The notes beneath the pieces are model-generated. The model was not told the DNA's origin. It was given only the letters and a program-made list of their open reading frames with translations, and did not search any database. A stretch of 64,000 nucleotides of DNA from the NCBI GenBank assembly GCA_963662945.1, contig OY759974.1, positions 1,568,001 through 1,632,000 on the forward strand, given 5' to 3'. A program made the position numbers and the translations under genes. The stretch comes from Arcobacteraceae bacterium (lineage in GTDB: Bacteria > Campylobacterota > Campylobacteria > Campylobacterales > Arcobacteraceae). Below, piece after piece: positions 43,975-53,849 of this stretch. Numbering within the stretch: the first letter of the stretch is position 1; every line of letters starts with the position of its first letter.

Positions 43975-44286
43975 ATGGCAAAGTTTATTGAAGTAAATTT
44001 AACAGAAATTTTTGAGGTACCAGATAATTGGGAAGTTGTTGAAGATGAAGATGGTAATGCCGCTTTAAAAACTGAAAGTGATGAGTATTTAGATTTTGAA
44101 ACTTTAATTTTATATGCAAATGCAAATGATTTAGCAGAAGATGAAGAAGCTGATTGGGTTCCTTGCATTGATGATGAGTCATTTGAGATGTTGGATAATA
44201 AAGGTTTAAAACAAGTAAAAACAGAATTAGATATTTATGAACTAGAGGAAGATGAATTAGATTTTGAACAAGTTGAAGTTCAATAA
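43975..44286 (+). CDS. Highly acidic hypothetical protein
   Basis: AAGGGG SD; 35 of 103 residues are D/E. Confidence 0.85.
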   Translation: MAKFIEVNLTEIFEVPDNWEVVEDEDGNAALKTESDEYLDFETLILYANANDLAEDEEADWVPCIDDESFEMLDNKGLKQVKTELDIYELEEDELDFEQVEVQ

Positions 44287-44306
44287 AATAAAAGAGATAG
44301 TTCTTT

Positions 44307-44354
44307 TCTAATTCTATGTAAAAACTTTTATGAGCAAATTTACATAGAATTAGA
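44307..44354. repeat. Perfect 16-bp inverted repeat between convergent genes
   Basis: TCTAATTCTATGTAAA-16 nt-TTTACATAGAATTAGA. Confidence 0.8.
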
Positions 44355-44355
44355 T

Positions 44356-46452
44356 TTAATGTTGTTCCAAAGGTATAGTTATAGTAAATTGAGCACCAAT
44401 ATATCTCTTATTATTAAACTCAAATGAAACATTTTCTGCTTTTATATCCCCTTTCATACTTTTTGTTATAAGATTATAACTCATATGTAATCCAAGTCCT
44501 GTTCCTTGAGATTGATGTTTTGTAGTAAAATATGGTTCAAATATTTTTGGTAAAGCACTTTCTGAAATTCCACCACCATTGTCTCTAAATTTTATTATTA
44601 CTTTATTATTTATAACTTTTTGAGAAATAAAAATATATCTTTCACTCTCATCAACATTTGTAATCAATGCATCTTTTGCATTATTAAAAATATTGATAAA
44701 ACATTGAATAAGTTCATTTGGATAGCCTTTGACTTTGATAGATTCTTCAAGTTCTAAAATAATATTAAGGTTATATTTTTTGATAGTAGAGTCTACAAGT
44801 TTAATAAAACTATCAGTATCATTTTTAAGATCAAATCTGATAGGTTTTGAGTCACCTTTGATGTAATTTGTAAAATCTTCTATAGTTTGGGAAAGATATT
44901 GTGCATTTTCATTAATAGAGTCACAGGTTGTATAAAAGAAATCATCTTTAAGAAGGTTGTACTCTTTTTGCATTTTCATTCCTGTCGCTCCTGTAGAGAT
45001 GACAGAAAGAGGTTGTCTCCATTGATGAGAAATATTTGCTATCATTTCACCCATTGCAGCTAGTTTGGACTGATTGTATAACATTTTTTGTTGGTCTAAT
45101 TGTTCTTGTTGGAGAAGGGTTAGTTTTGTTACATCATAAATACTACCTTCCGTTTTAATATGATTACCTTTTTTATCAAAAGTATGAATTGCTCGTTCTT
45201 CTACATATTTTATATTATTCTTGGCACTTTTGAGTTTATATTTTATAAAATATTCTCTTTTATCTTCAATGGAATTTTTATATTCTTCTTTTATCTTTGG
45301 AATATCTTCTTGATCAATGTATGATAAAAATTGATTATATGTTATTTCTTGGTCTATATCATCAATCTCTAAGATTTCATAGATTCCTTTATTCCAAGTA
45401 AGTTTATCTTTGATTTTATTATATTTCCAAAATCCTAAATGTGCAATATGAGACGCTCTATCTAACGAGAGGTTAAGTTTATCTTTGAGTATACTGACTC
45501 TATTTTGTAAAATTTTTACAGTAATGATACTTAAAAGCATAGAAAAAACAATTGTAAGTATAGAAACTAATAGATATCTTTTGTTTGTTTCTTTTGTTTG
45601 TTCTTTTTCATATTTTTTGCTTAACTGAAGTATTATAATAAGTTGGTCATTTATTTTTCTAGATACAAATTGATTATTTTGATAGAGTTCATTATTCAAT
45701 ATTTGTTTCGCATCATTTGGAAATTCTTTGTATATATTATGTTTTTCAAAAGAATAATTTCCCCAGTTTTTATTTGTATCATAATGTATTAAAAAATCTC
45801 CACGGTTATTGATAAGGATAGAGTCATAAAGTGGCATATTTATAAATTTTTTTAAAAAATTATCCATAAATAAATTAATAATAAGGATTCCATCAAATTT
45901 CCCATCTTTTTCAAGTGGCATGATAGCTCGAAGTGTTGGTTTATAAGGTATTTCTATTTGTCCATTTTCTATGTTTAAATCTAATGGAGAATACCACACT
46001 TTATTTGGTTCTTGAGATTTGGAGTTAAGGAAATAATATCTTTGAGATTTATTTTGTAAATTTTCTTTTTTTACCAAAAAGGGTTTACTTGTTTCATCAG
46101 TTCTATCAACTCTTATTTTTTCATAACCATCTTTATCTAGATATCTTAATTGCATAATAGTCTGGTCTGTTTCTGCGAAAGCTAGAAATAGACTTTCTAC
46201 TTGTATTGTTTGATTTTTACGATATTCTTTAAATTTATCAAAATCTTTGATAGCATTTAACATATTATTTGATTTTGAGACAAAACTATTAAAAACATTT
46301 GTTCGTTCTTTTGTTTTTTTAATAGCATTTACAAGAGCTACATTTTGTGCTTGATTTGAAAATAAAATATTTTCTATTACGATATAAGAAGACACCAATA
46401 AAATTGAAAATAAAAAAAATATTAATATCAATTTTATGTTATTTTTTGACAT
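44356..46452 (-). CDS. Membrane sensor histidine kinase (Cache-like domain, PAS, kinase core)
   Basis: QLRYLD..G.E..RVD and LDLN.E.G.IE.P.KP..R periplasmic motifs, PAS/PAC, ISHQWRQPL, GTGLGL. Confidence 0.92.
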   Translation of the reverse strand: MSKNNIKLILIFFLFSILLVSSYIVIENILFSNQAQNVALVNAIKKTKERTNVFNSFVSKSNNMLNAIKDFDKFKEYRKNQTIQVESLFLAFAETDQTIMQLRYLDKDGYEKIRVDRTDETSKPFLVKKENLQNKSQRYYFLNSKSQEPNKVWYSPLDLNIENGQIEIPYKPTLRAIMPLEKDGKFDGILIINLFMDNFLKKFINMPLYDSILINNRGDFLIHYDTNKNWGNYSFEKHNIYKEFPNDAKQILNNELYQNNQFVSRKINDQLIIILQLSKKYEKEQTKETNKRYLLVSILTIVFSMLLSIITVKILQNRVSILKDKLNLSLDRASHIAHLGFWKYNKIKDKLTWNKGIYEILEIDDIDQEITYNQFLSYIDQEDIPKIKEEYKNSIEDKREYFIKYKLKSAKNNIKYVEERAIHTFDKKGNHIKTEGSIYDVTKLTLLQQEQLDQQKMLYNQSKLAAMGEMIANISHQWRQPLSVISTGATGMKMQKEYNLLKDDFFYTTCDSINENAQYLSQTIEDFTNYIKGDSKPIRFDLKNDTDSFIKLVDSTIKKYNLNIILELEESIKVKGYPNELIQCFINIFNNAKDALITNVDESERYIFISQKVINNKVIIKFRDNGGGISESALPKIFEPYFTTKHQSQGTGLGLHMSYNLITKSMKGDIKAENVSFEFNNKRYIGAQFTITIPLEQH

Positions 46453-46583
46453 AAATTCCCTTAACTTATTTAACTAGCACCAATTATATCGAATATTATA
46501 TAATAATTTATAAAAAAAATTAATGGAAGATTAAATAAATAGGTATATACTAAAGTTATAGAAACTAAAAAAAGGTGTTAATT

Positions 46584-47777
46584 ATGGTAGTAGAAATAGT
46601 ATTTGCTGCAGGATGTTTTTGGGGAGTAGAAAAACATTTTGAGTCTATGAATGGTGTTATAGATGTGAAGTCTGGTTATGCTGGTGGAAATTACCCAAAT
46701 CCTACATATAAAGATGTTTTACGACATCGTTGGATTGACAATGATAAAAATATTGTGAATTATACAGAAGCTGTAAAAGTTAAATTTGATAATGACAAAA
46801 TAACCGCAAAAGAGCTTATCAAATCATTTTGGGAATTACATGATCCTACAACGAAAAACAAGCAAGGAAATGATGTAGGTAATAATTATAGAAGTGCAAT
46901 ATTTTATACAAATGAGAATCAAAAAGACATAGCATATAATACAAAAGCAACTTATCAGACACTCTTAAAAGAGCATGGATTTGGAGAAATAGTTACTGAG
47001 ATTAAACCACTTACAAAATTTTATGAAGCAGAACAATATCATCAAGATTATTTAGCTAAAAATCCAAATGGATATTGTCCAAATCATAGTACAGGTGTAA
47101 AGTTTGAGAATCAAAAAAATAAAAACAATACGGAAGCTATAGTTCCCTTAGGAGGTAAAGAGATAGTAGTCGTGGAAGCTGAGAGTTTTTGTCCTTATTG
47201 TGAGAAGTTTAAAGCAGAGGTAAGCTCATCTTATAAGGGAATCACACCTTTACGAACAGTGTATAGTTCTCAACTGAAAAAATTTGATATTAAAACCAAG
47301 CTAGATGCAACTCCTACAATACTCTTTATAGAAGATGGCAAAGAGGTATTTGCACATAGAGGTTTTTTAAATTCTCAAGAATTCTATAAGGTATTAGGAG
47401 CATTTCAACTAGGAAAAGATTCTGAAAGTTATAGTGTTGCTTTTAATAAAGATACAGATAGCAGATTTTGTAAACAGTATGATATATTTAAAAATACTCC
47501 AGATGGGGTTTTTGTGGATAAACTTTCTGGGGATGTACTTTTTGATACAAAAGACAGATTTAATTCTGGTACAGGGTGGTTGAGTTTTTATAAAGCGGTT
47601 GATGGTTCTACTATAGAAAAGCCTGATTATAGTTATGGTATGAACAGAATTGAGGTATTAGCAAAAAAAAGTGGAATACATTTGGGGCATGTTTTTCCAA
47701 GAGTAGATGGGAAAAGAAGATTTTGTATAAATGCAACAGTCTTAGAGTTTATCCCAAGGGAAAAATTAAAAAAGTAA
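46584..47777 (+). CDS. msrAB: Methionine sulfoxide reductase fusion MsrA-thioredoxin-like-MsrB
   Basis: GCFWG, AE.YHQ.Y...GYC (MsrA); CPYC and TPT (Trx-like); GW.SF, HLGHVF, RFCIN (MsrB). Confidence 0.9.
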   Translation: MVVEIVFAAGCFWGVEKHFESMNGVIDVKSGYAGGNYPNPTYKDVLRHRWIDNDKNIVNYTEAVKVKFDNDKITAKELIKSFWELHDPTTKNKQGNDVGNNYRSAIFYTNENQKDIAYNTKATYQTLLKEHGFGEIVTEIKPLTKFYEAEQYHQDYLAKNPNGYCPNHSTGVKFENQKNKNNTEAIVPLGGKEIVVVEAESFCPYCEKFKAEVSSSYKGITPLRTVYSSQLKKFDIKTKLDATPTILFIEDGKEVFAHRGFLNSQEFYKVLGAFQLGKDSESYSVAFNKDTDSRFCKQYDIFKNTPDGVFVDKLSGDVLFDTKDRFNSGTGWLSFYKAVDGSTIEKPDYSYGMNRIEVLAKKSGIHLGHVFPRVDGKRRFCINATVLEFIPREKLKK

Positions 47778-47835
47778 ATTTAATCTGACATAAGAAAATT
47801 TTAGTAATCTTTCAAAAAATGTAAAAGGATTTAAA

Positions 47836-48081
47836 ATGTATACAATAAAAATAGATAAAGAGTGCGGATGTTTCAAAAAAAGTGTTTATGAAAATAATAT
47901 GAGTTTTGAGTCAAAAGATGATGCTTTAATGCAAGCAAGTCTTATGCAAACACATATGAATACAAAATTTTGTGGAAAACATAACTTTGAATTATGTGAA
48001 GATGGTAATGATTTTTTAATTAGTGTTAATATGAACGAACAGCCAAGTAGTGGATGCTGTGGTGGTGGACACTGTTCTTAG
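47836..48081 (+). CDS. Small Cys-rich hypothetical protein
   Basis: AAGGA SD; CGC, FCGKH, C-terminal CCGGGHCS. Confidence 0.8.
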   Translation: MYTIKIDKECGCFKKSVYENNMSFESKDDALMQASLMQTHMNTKFCGKHNFELCEDGNDFLISVNMNEQPSSGCCGGGHCS

Positions 48082-48121
48082 TCATTGGGCTCTTAACCAG
48101 AACTTTTGTATAATATGATAT

Positions 48122-48784
48122 ATGAAAAATGATATATTAGAAAACAATACAAGAGAAACATGTTACAGTTGCTATAGACCAAAAAGTAGTTGTATGTGTG
48201 ATTATGTAAATGCTATAGAAACAAAAACTCAATTTGTAATTTTAATGCATCCAAAAGAGTTTAGAAAAACGAAAAATGGTACTGGGCGATTTACACATAA
48301 CTCTTTACCAAATTCGTTACTTTTTATAGGAATTGATTTTAATCATCACACAGAGATAAATAAGATAATAAATGATTCTTGCAATAATTGTTTTGTACTA
48401 TATCCGGATAAAAATAGTATAAAATTAAATGAAGTTAATATACAAGCAGAAGGTAAAAATAATATAATTTTTATTATTGATTCAACATGGCCATGTTCAA
48501 AAAAAATTTTGGCTGTAAGTAAAAATATAAATATGTTACCAAAAATCAGTTTTGAACATACAAAATCATCAGAATTTAAAATCAAAACACAGCCAAATAA
48601 GTATTGTCTCTCGACAATTGAATCAACAGTATGTGTATTGGAATTACTCACAGAACATAAAATTGAAAATATAGAAAAAGAGCAATTTGAAAAGTTTTTA
48701 CAACCGTTTAATGAGATGGTAAATTATCAAATAAACTGTGTTACAAAGCCAGATATTAAAGAACCAAGATTTTTAAGGAGATAA
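48122..48784 (+). CDS. DTW-domain tRNA-uridine aminocarboxypropyltransferase
   Basis: CxxC...CxC, HPKE, TG, LYP, DSTW, LSTIE. Confidence 0.88.
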   Translation: MKNDILENNTRETCYSCYRPKSSCMCDYVNAIETKTQFVILMHPKEFRKTKNGTGRFTHNSLPNSLLFIGIDFNHHTEINKIINDSCNNCFVLYPDKNSIKLNEVNIQAEGKNNIIFIIDSTWPCSKKILAVSKNINMLPKISFEHTKSSEFKIKTQPNKYCLSTIESTVCVLELLTEHKIENIEKEQFEKFLQPFNEMVNYQINCVTKPDIKEPRFLRR

Positions 48785-48786
48785 CT

Positions 48787-49101
48787 ATTAAATCATTATT
48801 TAAATTTTTAAAAATTTTATTATTGATGGGTGTTCTATTTGCAGGATTTGTTTATGGAGTATTGAATTTTTTTGCTTATAAAGTCCAAGAAGATTATGAT
48901 AAATTAGTAAAAAGTAATAGATACATTTTAAATCCATATTATACTGATTTATATATGTTGTGTATGTTGGATTATCATTTTAATCCTAGAGGAAAAGATA
49001 TGTTACAAGAGTGTAATAAATTAGCAAAAATTGCAGATAAAAAACCAGATACGCCTTATTATGACTTTTATATTAAGTATGTGAAAGATTTTGTAAAATA
49101 G
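48787..49101 (+). CDS. Hypothetical membrane-anchored protein (start uncertain)
   Basis: Open frame with N-terminal TM; AAGGAG SD precedes in-frame ATT 48787; first canonical start is TTG 48823. Confidence 0.55.
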   Translation: MKSLFKFLKILLLMGVLFAGFVYGVLNFFAYKVQEDYDKLVKSNRYILNPYYTDLYMLCMLDYHFNPRGKDMLQECNKLAKIADKKPDTPYYDFYIKYVKDFVK

Positions 49102-49116
49102 TTTTAAACAATATCC

Positions 49117-49929
49117 CTAATTTTGGGATATTGTTTTTTGTTCCAAAAGTATAGTTTTGAGTTCTTGTATCTCTACTCTTAATTTTTCTAGTTCTGATTT
49201 TGTATGATCTTCACTTGAATGTATCTCACTTACAAGAGTTTCACTTTCAGTGTCTTTGATTTCATTCATGGCATCTACTACAATTGCTATGATGAGGTTT
49301 ATCATAATAAATGTTACGATAAAAATAAAAGGAACAAAAAAGATCCAAGCATAAGGATCTACTTCCATAATAGGTCTAACAATTCCCATTGACCAAGATT
49401 CTAAAGTCATAATTTGGAATAATGTATAAAAAGACTCACTTAAACTACCGAACCATTGTGGAAAAGATTCTCCATAGAGTTGTGTTGCCATAATAGCAAA
49501 AATATAAAATAATAAAGTAAGTAATCCAGCAATAGAAGCCATACCTGGTATTACACTTACAAGTGCAATAACTATTTTTCTCATTTGAGGTACAACTGTT
49601 ACAAGCCTGAAGAGTCTAAGAACTCTTAAAATTCGTAAGATTTCAAATCCAGCACTAGATGGCACTAATGAAATAGCTACAATAAAGAAGTCAAATAAAC
49701 TCCATCCATCTTTAAAAAATGGTAATCTATGCACATAAATTCTCATAGCAATCTCTATTGTAAATATAGTGATAACAACTTTATCAAAGATATGTATAAA
49801 ACCACCAATAGAGTTCATAATATCTTTTGATGTTTCCATTCCCATAGTGATACCATTGAGGATAATGATAGCTATAATAAAGTTTTGAAATTTACTACTT
49901 TCTACAATACTTTTAGTTTTTTCATACAT
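49117..49929 (-). CDS. Voltage-gated sodium channel, NavAb/BacNav family
   Basis: S4 [10 protein letters not shown], selectivity filter TLESWSM, C-terminal coiled coil. Confidence 0.95.
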   Translation of the reverse strand: MYEKTKSIVESSKFQNFIIAIIILNGITMGMETSKDIMNSIGGFIHIFDKVVITIFTIEIAMRIYVHRLPFFKDGWSLFDFFIVAISLVPSSAGFEILRILRVLRLFRLVTVVPQMRKIVIALVSVIPGMASIAGLLTLLFYIFAIMATQLYGESFPQWFGSLSESFYTLFQIMTLESWSMGIVRPIMEVDPYAWIFFVPFIFIVTFIMINLIIAIVVDAMNEIKDTESETLVSEIHSSEDHTKSELEKLRVEIQELKTILLEQKTISQN

Positions 49930-50067
49930 TGATTTTCTCTCATAGATTTAAATTTTTTGGAAGTTTAACATAAAGTAAATTAAGTGAAAAGTTATACAAT
50001 TGAATTAACATGTTTCAATTATTTTAAACTAAATTTTGATAAAAATACTGTTGAAAATTAGATTGAA

Positions 50068-51858
50068 TTAATCTAATTTTAACACGGCCATAAATGCTTC
50101 TTGTGGTACATTTACTTTACCAATAGCTTTCATTCTTTTTTTACCAGCTTTTTGTTTCTCTAAGAGTTTTCTTTTTCTTGTGATATCTCCACCATAACAT
50201 TTTGCAGTTACATTTTTTCCAGTAGATTTTACAGTTTCTCTGGCAATAATATCTTTTCCAATACTTGCTTGAATAGCTACTTCAAAAAGTTGTCTTGGTA
50301 TGAGTTCTTTTAATTGCTTAACAAAAACTCTTCCTCGTGCCTGTGCTTTTTCTTCAGGAACAATAATACTTAATGCATCAACTGGCTCACCTGCAACAAG
50401 TACATCTAGTTTTTTAAGATTTCCTGGTCGAAATCCAGTTACTTCATAGTCAAAACTTGCGTAACCTTTTGTTGTAGATTTTAATTTGTCGTAAAAATCC
50501 ATTACAATTTCATTCATAGGCACATCGTATTCTAGTAAAACTCTTTTATTGATGTAGTCCATTTTAATTTGGATACCTCTTTTGTCATTTAAAAGTTTTA
50601 TTACATTTCCAAGATATTCATCTGGTACTAAAATAGTAGCTTTTACATAAGGTTCTGAGATTACATCTATTTTATTTACTGGAGGTAGTTCATAAGGATT
50701 TTGTATCATAAGCTCTTGACCATCTGTTGTAAGAACTTTATATACAACTGTAGGTGCAGTTGCTATTAAATCAAGGTCAAATTCTCGCTCAAGTCTTTCT
50801 TTGATTACTTCCATATGAAGCATCCCTAAAAATCCAGTTCTAAATCCACTTCCAAGTGCAGTTGAACTTTCTGGTTCATAAGAGATTGAGCTATCGTTGA
50901 GTTTTAGTCTCTCAAGAGCATCTCTTAAATCTTCAAACTTATCTGTTTCAATTGGATAGAGTCCTGCAAATACAAAAGGTTTTGCTGGTTCAAATCCATC
51001 AATAGGTTCAGCTGTTGGATTTTTTGCATCAGTCATAGTATCACCAACTGCAATTCCCTCAGTAGTTTTTATACCAAGAACAACAATACCTATTTCACCT
51101 GTTTGTATCTCTTCTGTTTTTTGTTTATGAAGAGGATGAGGATACATAAGGTCAAGTACTTTATGCTCAACTTTAGTATTCATCATTTTAAGCATTTGCC
51201 CTTTTTTGATACTTCCATCATAAACTCTTACTAGTGCTAATGCACCAAGATAATTATCAAACCAACTATCATAAATAAGTGCTTTTGTAGGAGCATTTTC
51301 ATCTCCATTTGGTGCAGGAATAGTATCTACAATTGCATCAATTAAGTCTTTAACTCCAACACCAGTTTTAGCAGAAATTAAATTGTGAGCTGTACAGTCA
51401 AGACCTATTGCTTCTTCAGTCTCTTCTAGTACTCTCATAGGATCTGCAGATGGTAAATCGATTTTATTTACTACTGGCATTAATGTAAGTTCATTTTCTA
51501 GTGCAATGTAAACATTTGCTATAGTTTGTGCTTCAACACCTTGTGTAGCATCAATGATAAGTAAAGCACCCTCTGAAGAAGCTAAACTTCTACTTACTTC
51601 ATAAGAAAAGTCAACGTGACCTGGAGTATCAATAAGATTGAGTATATAGTGTTCGCCATCTTTTACATAGTCTAGTCGTACAGATTGAGCTTTGATTGTT
51701 ATACCACGCTCTTGTTCGATATCCATAGTGTCCATCATTTGAGCACTTAATTCTCTATCTGCAACAGCACCACACTCTTGTATAATTCTATCAGCTAATG
51801 TACTTTTCCCATGGTCAATATGGGCTATAATACTAAAGTTTCTTATTTTATCTTGCAA
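50068..51858 (-). CDS. lepA: Elongation factor 4
   Basis: [34 protein letters not shown]. Confidence 0.99.
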   Translation of the reverse strand: MQDKIRNFSIIAHIDHGKSTLADRIIQECGAVADRELSAQMMDTMDIEQERGITIKAQSVRLDYVKDGEHYILNLIDTPGHVDFSYEVSRSLASSEGALLIIDATQGVEAQTIANVYIALENELTLMPVVNKIDLPSADPMRVLEETEEAIGLDCTAHNLISAKTGVGVKDLIDAIVDTIPAPNGDENAPTKALIYDSWFDNYLGALALVRVYDGSIKKGQMLKMMNTKVEHKVLDLMYPHPLHKQKTEEIQTGEIGIVVLGIKTTEGIAVGDTMTDAKNPTAEPIDGFEPAKPFVFAGLYPIETDKFEDLRDALERLKLNDSSISYEPESSTALGSGFRTGFLGMLHMEVIKERLEREFDLDLIATAPTVVYKVLTTDGQELMIQNPYELPPVNKIDVISEPYVKATILVPDEYLGNVIKLLNDKRGIQIKMDYINKRVLLEYDVPMNEIVMDFYDKLKSTTKGYASFDYEVTGFRPGNLKKLDVLVAGEPVDALSIIVPEEKAQARGRVFVKQLKELIPRQLFEVAIQASIGKDIIARETVKSTGKNVTAKCYGGDITRKRKLLEKQKAGKKRMKAIGKVNVPQEAFMAVLKLD

Positions 51859-51952
51859 TTTTTATCCTATTCTTCTCTAAAATGAATTTAATTTTCTTTA
51901 GAAGTGGGATTTTATCTAAAAATTGCTTTTACTTTAGTTTAAGCTAGAAAAA

Positions 51953-52711
51953 TTAAAATCTATCTGCATCTTCAAAGATAGGCTTTGTTAAAAACTTACC
52001 ATTAGTATCTATAAATCCCCAATTATTGCCACTTTTAACTTTTGCAAATCCATTAGAAAAATCATAAGCATAATCATAAATAGGTTTTGTTACAAAATTA
52101 CAATTATTATCTACAAATCCCCACTTGTTATCTAGTTCAACTCTTTTAAAATTTTCATGTTGAATATAAATCATATCCATAGAAGGGGTGATTTTAAGTT
52201 CTAAGTTTTTATTTATACAACCAAATTTACCAAATTTTTTTACAATTATTGTATCATAAATAAATTCTTGTACTTCATCGTAAATAGGTTTGACAACTAC
52301 TTCAAAGTCTTCATTTATCAAACCAAATTTCTTATTTACTTCAAGTTTAGCAAATCCATTATGGAATCTACCAATTGAGTCATAAATTGCTTTGAGTTGT
52401 AATTCACCATCTTTATTGATAATACCATATTTCCCATCTGTATTTTCTACTATTGCATAAGTATTATTACCATTGTTCTCAATCCAATGTATATTGATAT
52501 AGTTTGGATGAAAGTATCTCCCAAAATTCCCATCAAATCTATTTATTTTTTTGTAAATAGGTTTGATTGTAACTTCAGAATTATCTTTTAATAATCCATC
52601 TTTATTATTTACAGTGACAACTGTATCTAAATTTTCATGTGATAGTTTAGAACTACAACCATTGAAAAACATTATTGAGAGTAGGCCAAATGTATATATT
52701 ATTTTTTTCAT
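51953..52711 (-). CDS. WG-repeat lipoprotein
   Basis: Lipobox FNGC; repeated K(W/F/Y)G.I...YD...F.NG.A units. Confidence 0.85.
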   Translation of the reverse strand: MKKIIYTFGLLSIMFFNGCSSKLSHENLDTVVTVNNKDGLLKDNSEVTIKPIYKKINRFDGNFGRYFHPNYINIHWIENNGNNTYAIVENTDGKYGIINKDGELQLKAIYDSIGRFHNGFAKLEVNKKFGLINEDFEVVVKPIYDEVQEFIYDTIIVKKFGKFGCINKNLELKITPSMDMIYIQHENFKRVELDNKWGFVDNNCNFVTKPIYDYAYDFSNGFAKVKSGNNWGFIDTNGKFLTKPIFEDADRF

Positions 52712-52721
52712 AGTATCTCTT

Positions 52722-53822
52722 TTATTGTTCTTTTTTCACTATTTTAAAATCAACTCTTCGTGATGCATCAACATTCTCTGTTCCATCAGGATTTAGAATT
52801 GGATTATCATAAGACATACCGTAAGGTTTGAAAGTATTTTCTATCCATTCCTTACTGATTTCACTATCTTTTGAGGCTTTGTTAACTGCATAATCTCTCA
52901 CTTCTTCTGCTCTTTTTTGTGACAATAGTTTATTGAATTTGTATCTCTCTTCATCTGTTTTTGAAAGTTTGTATTCAGATGAAGTGTGACCCTCTATTCT
53001 TATCTCTTGTATTTCATCTTTATATTTTTCTACAATTTTTAAATATCGTGGAAAAAAATCACTTAAAATATCTGTAAATCCAACTTTTAAATCACTTTTC
53101 CCTGTTTCAAAAAGGGCAAGGGGATTATTGAATCTAAAAAGTAAATTATCTTTTGAAAGTTCTGCATTCCAAGGTTTAAAATCATTTTTAAATTCTTCCA
53201 TTAAGGCATCATATAAACCTACAAAACTCGGTGTAACATCTTCTACTACTAGAGTTTCCTCTTGTATTGGTTCTTCTACTACGACTTCAGTTTTAGGCTT
53301 TTCAATATTTTCTTCTTGAGGTTTACAGTATGAATCTAAATTTTCTGCTTTGAGCATTTCAGAAATATAGATATTGTTATTCTTTGAGCTATTATGAAGT
53401 GGTGACATTTGATGGCTATCTACTACATCTCTTTGTGCTTTATTACAAATAAGTAATTTTGAAAGGTCTGTATAGTTATCTCTTGTAGAATCTAAAAGTG
53501 GAGTATCTTGATAATTATCAAATGTATTTACTTCTCCACCATTTTGGATTAAAAGTTTTGCAATATCATATTCTTTTAATCTTACTGCAATATGTAACGG
53601 TGTGTAACCATAAATATCTTTTTTATTAATATCACTTTTTTGTTCAATTAAAAATTGTACCAATTTTAAATCTCTTGCTCGAACTGCATCATGTAGTGCC
53701 ATTTCGTTTATAAAATCATTCTTGGTTACATTAGTTGTATGGATTGAATTAACTTGATTTGTTGCTGTACAACCTCCCAATATTAGTGAGGCTATTGTTA
53801 ACAATAATATATTTTTGCTCAT
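52722..53822 (-). CDS. Lipoprotein with ankyrin repeats and OmpA/MotB-like peptidoglycan-binding domain
   Basis: Lipobox LGGC; ALHDA, GYTPLHIA, TPL, SPLH ankyrin motifs; IEGHTS...LSQKRA...SRRVDF. Confidence 0.85.
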   Translation of the reverse strand: MSKNILLLTIASLILGGCTATNQVNSIHTTNVTKNDFINEMALHDAVRARDLKLVQFLIEQKSDINKKDIYGYTPLHIAVRLKEYDIAKLLIQNGGEVNTFDNYQDTPLLDSTRDNYTDLSKLLICNKAQRDVVDSHQMSPLHNSSKNNNIYISEMLKAENLDSYCKPQEENIEKPKTEVVVEEPIQEETLVVEDVTPSFVGLYDALMEEFKNDFKPWNAELSKDNLLFRFNNPLALFETGKSDLKVGFTDILSDFFPRYLKIVEKYKDEIQEIRIEGHTSSEYKLSKTDEERYKFNKLLSQKRAEEVRDYAVNKASKDSEISKEWIENTFKPYGMSYDNPILNPDGTENVDASRRVDFKIVKKEQ

Positions 53823-53849
53823 AGTTTGATGTCCCCTTTTAAATTTAAT

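Noticed and set aside
52722-53822. Zorya anti-phage system
   Set aside because: Only a ZorB-like domain resemblance; no zorA, zorC, zorD or zorE neighbours and no ZorB TM helix
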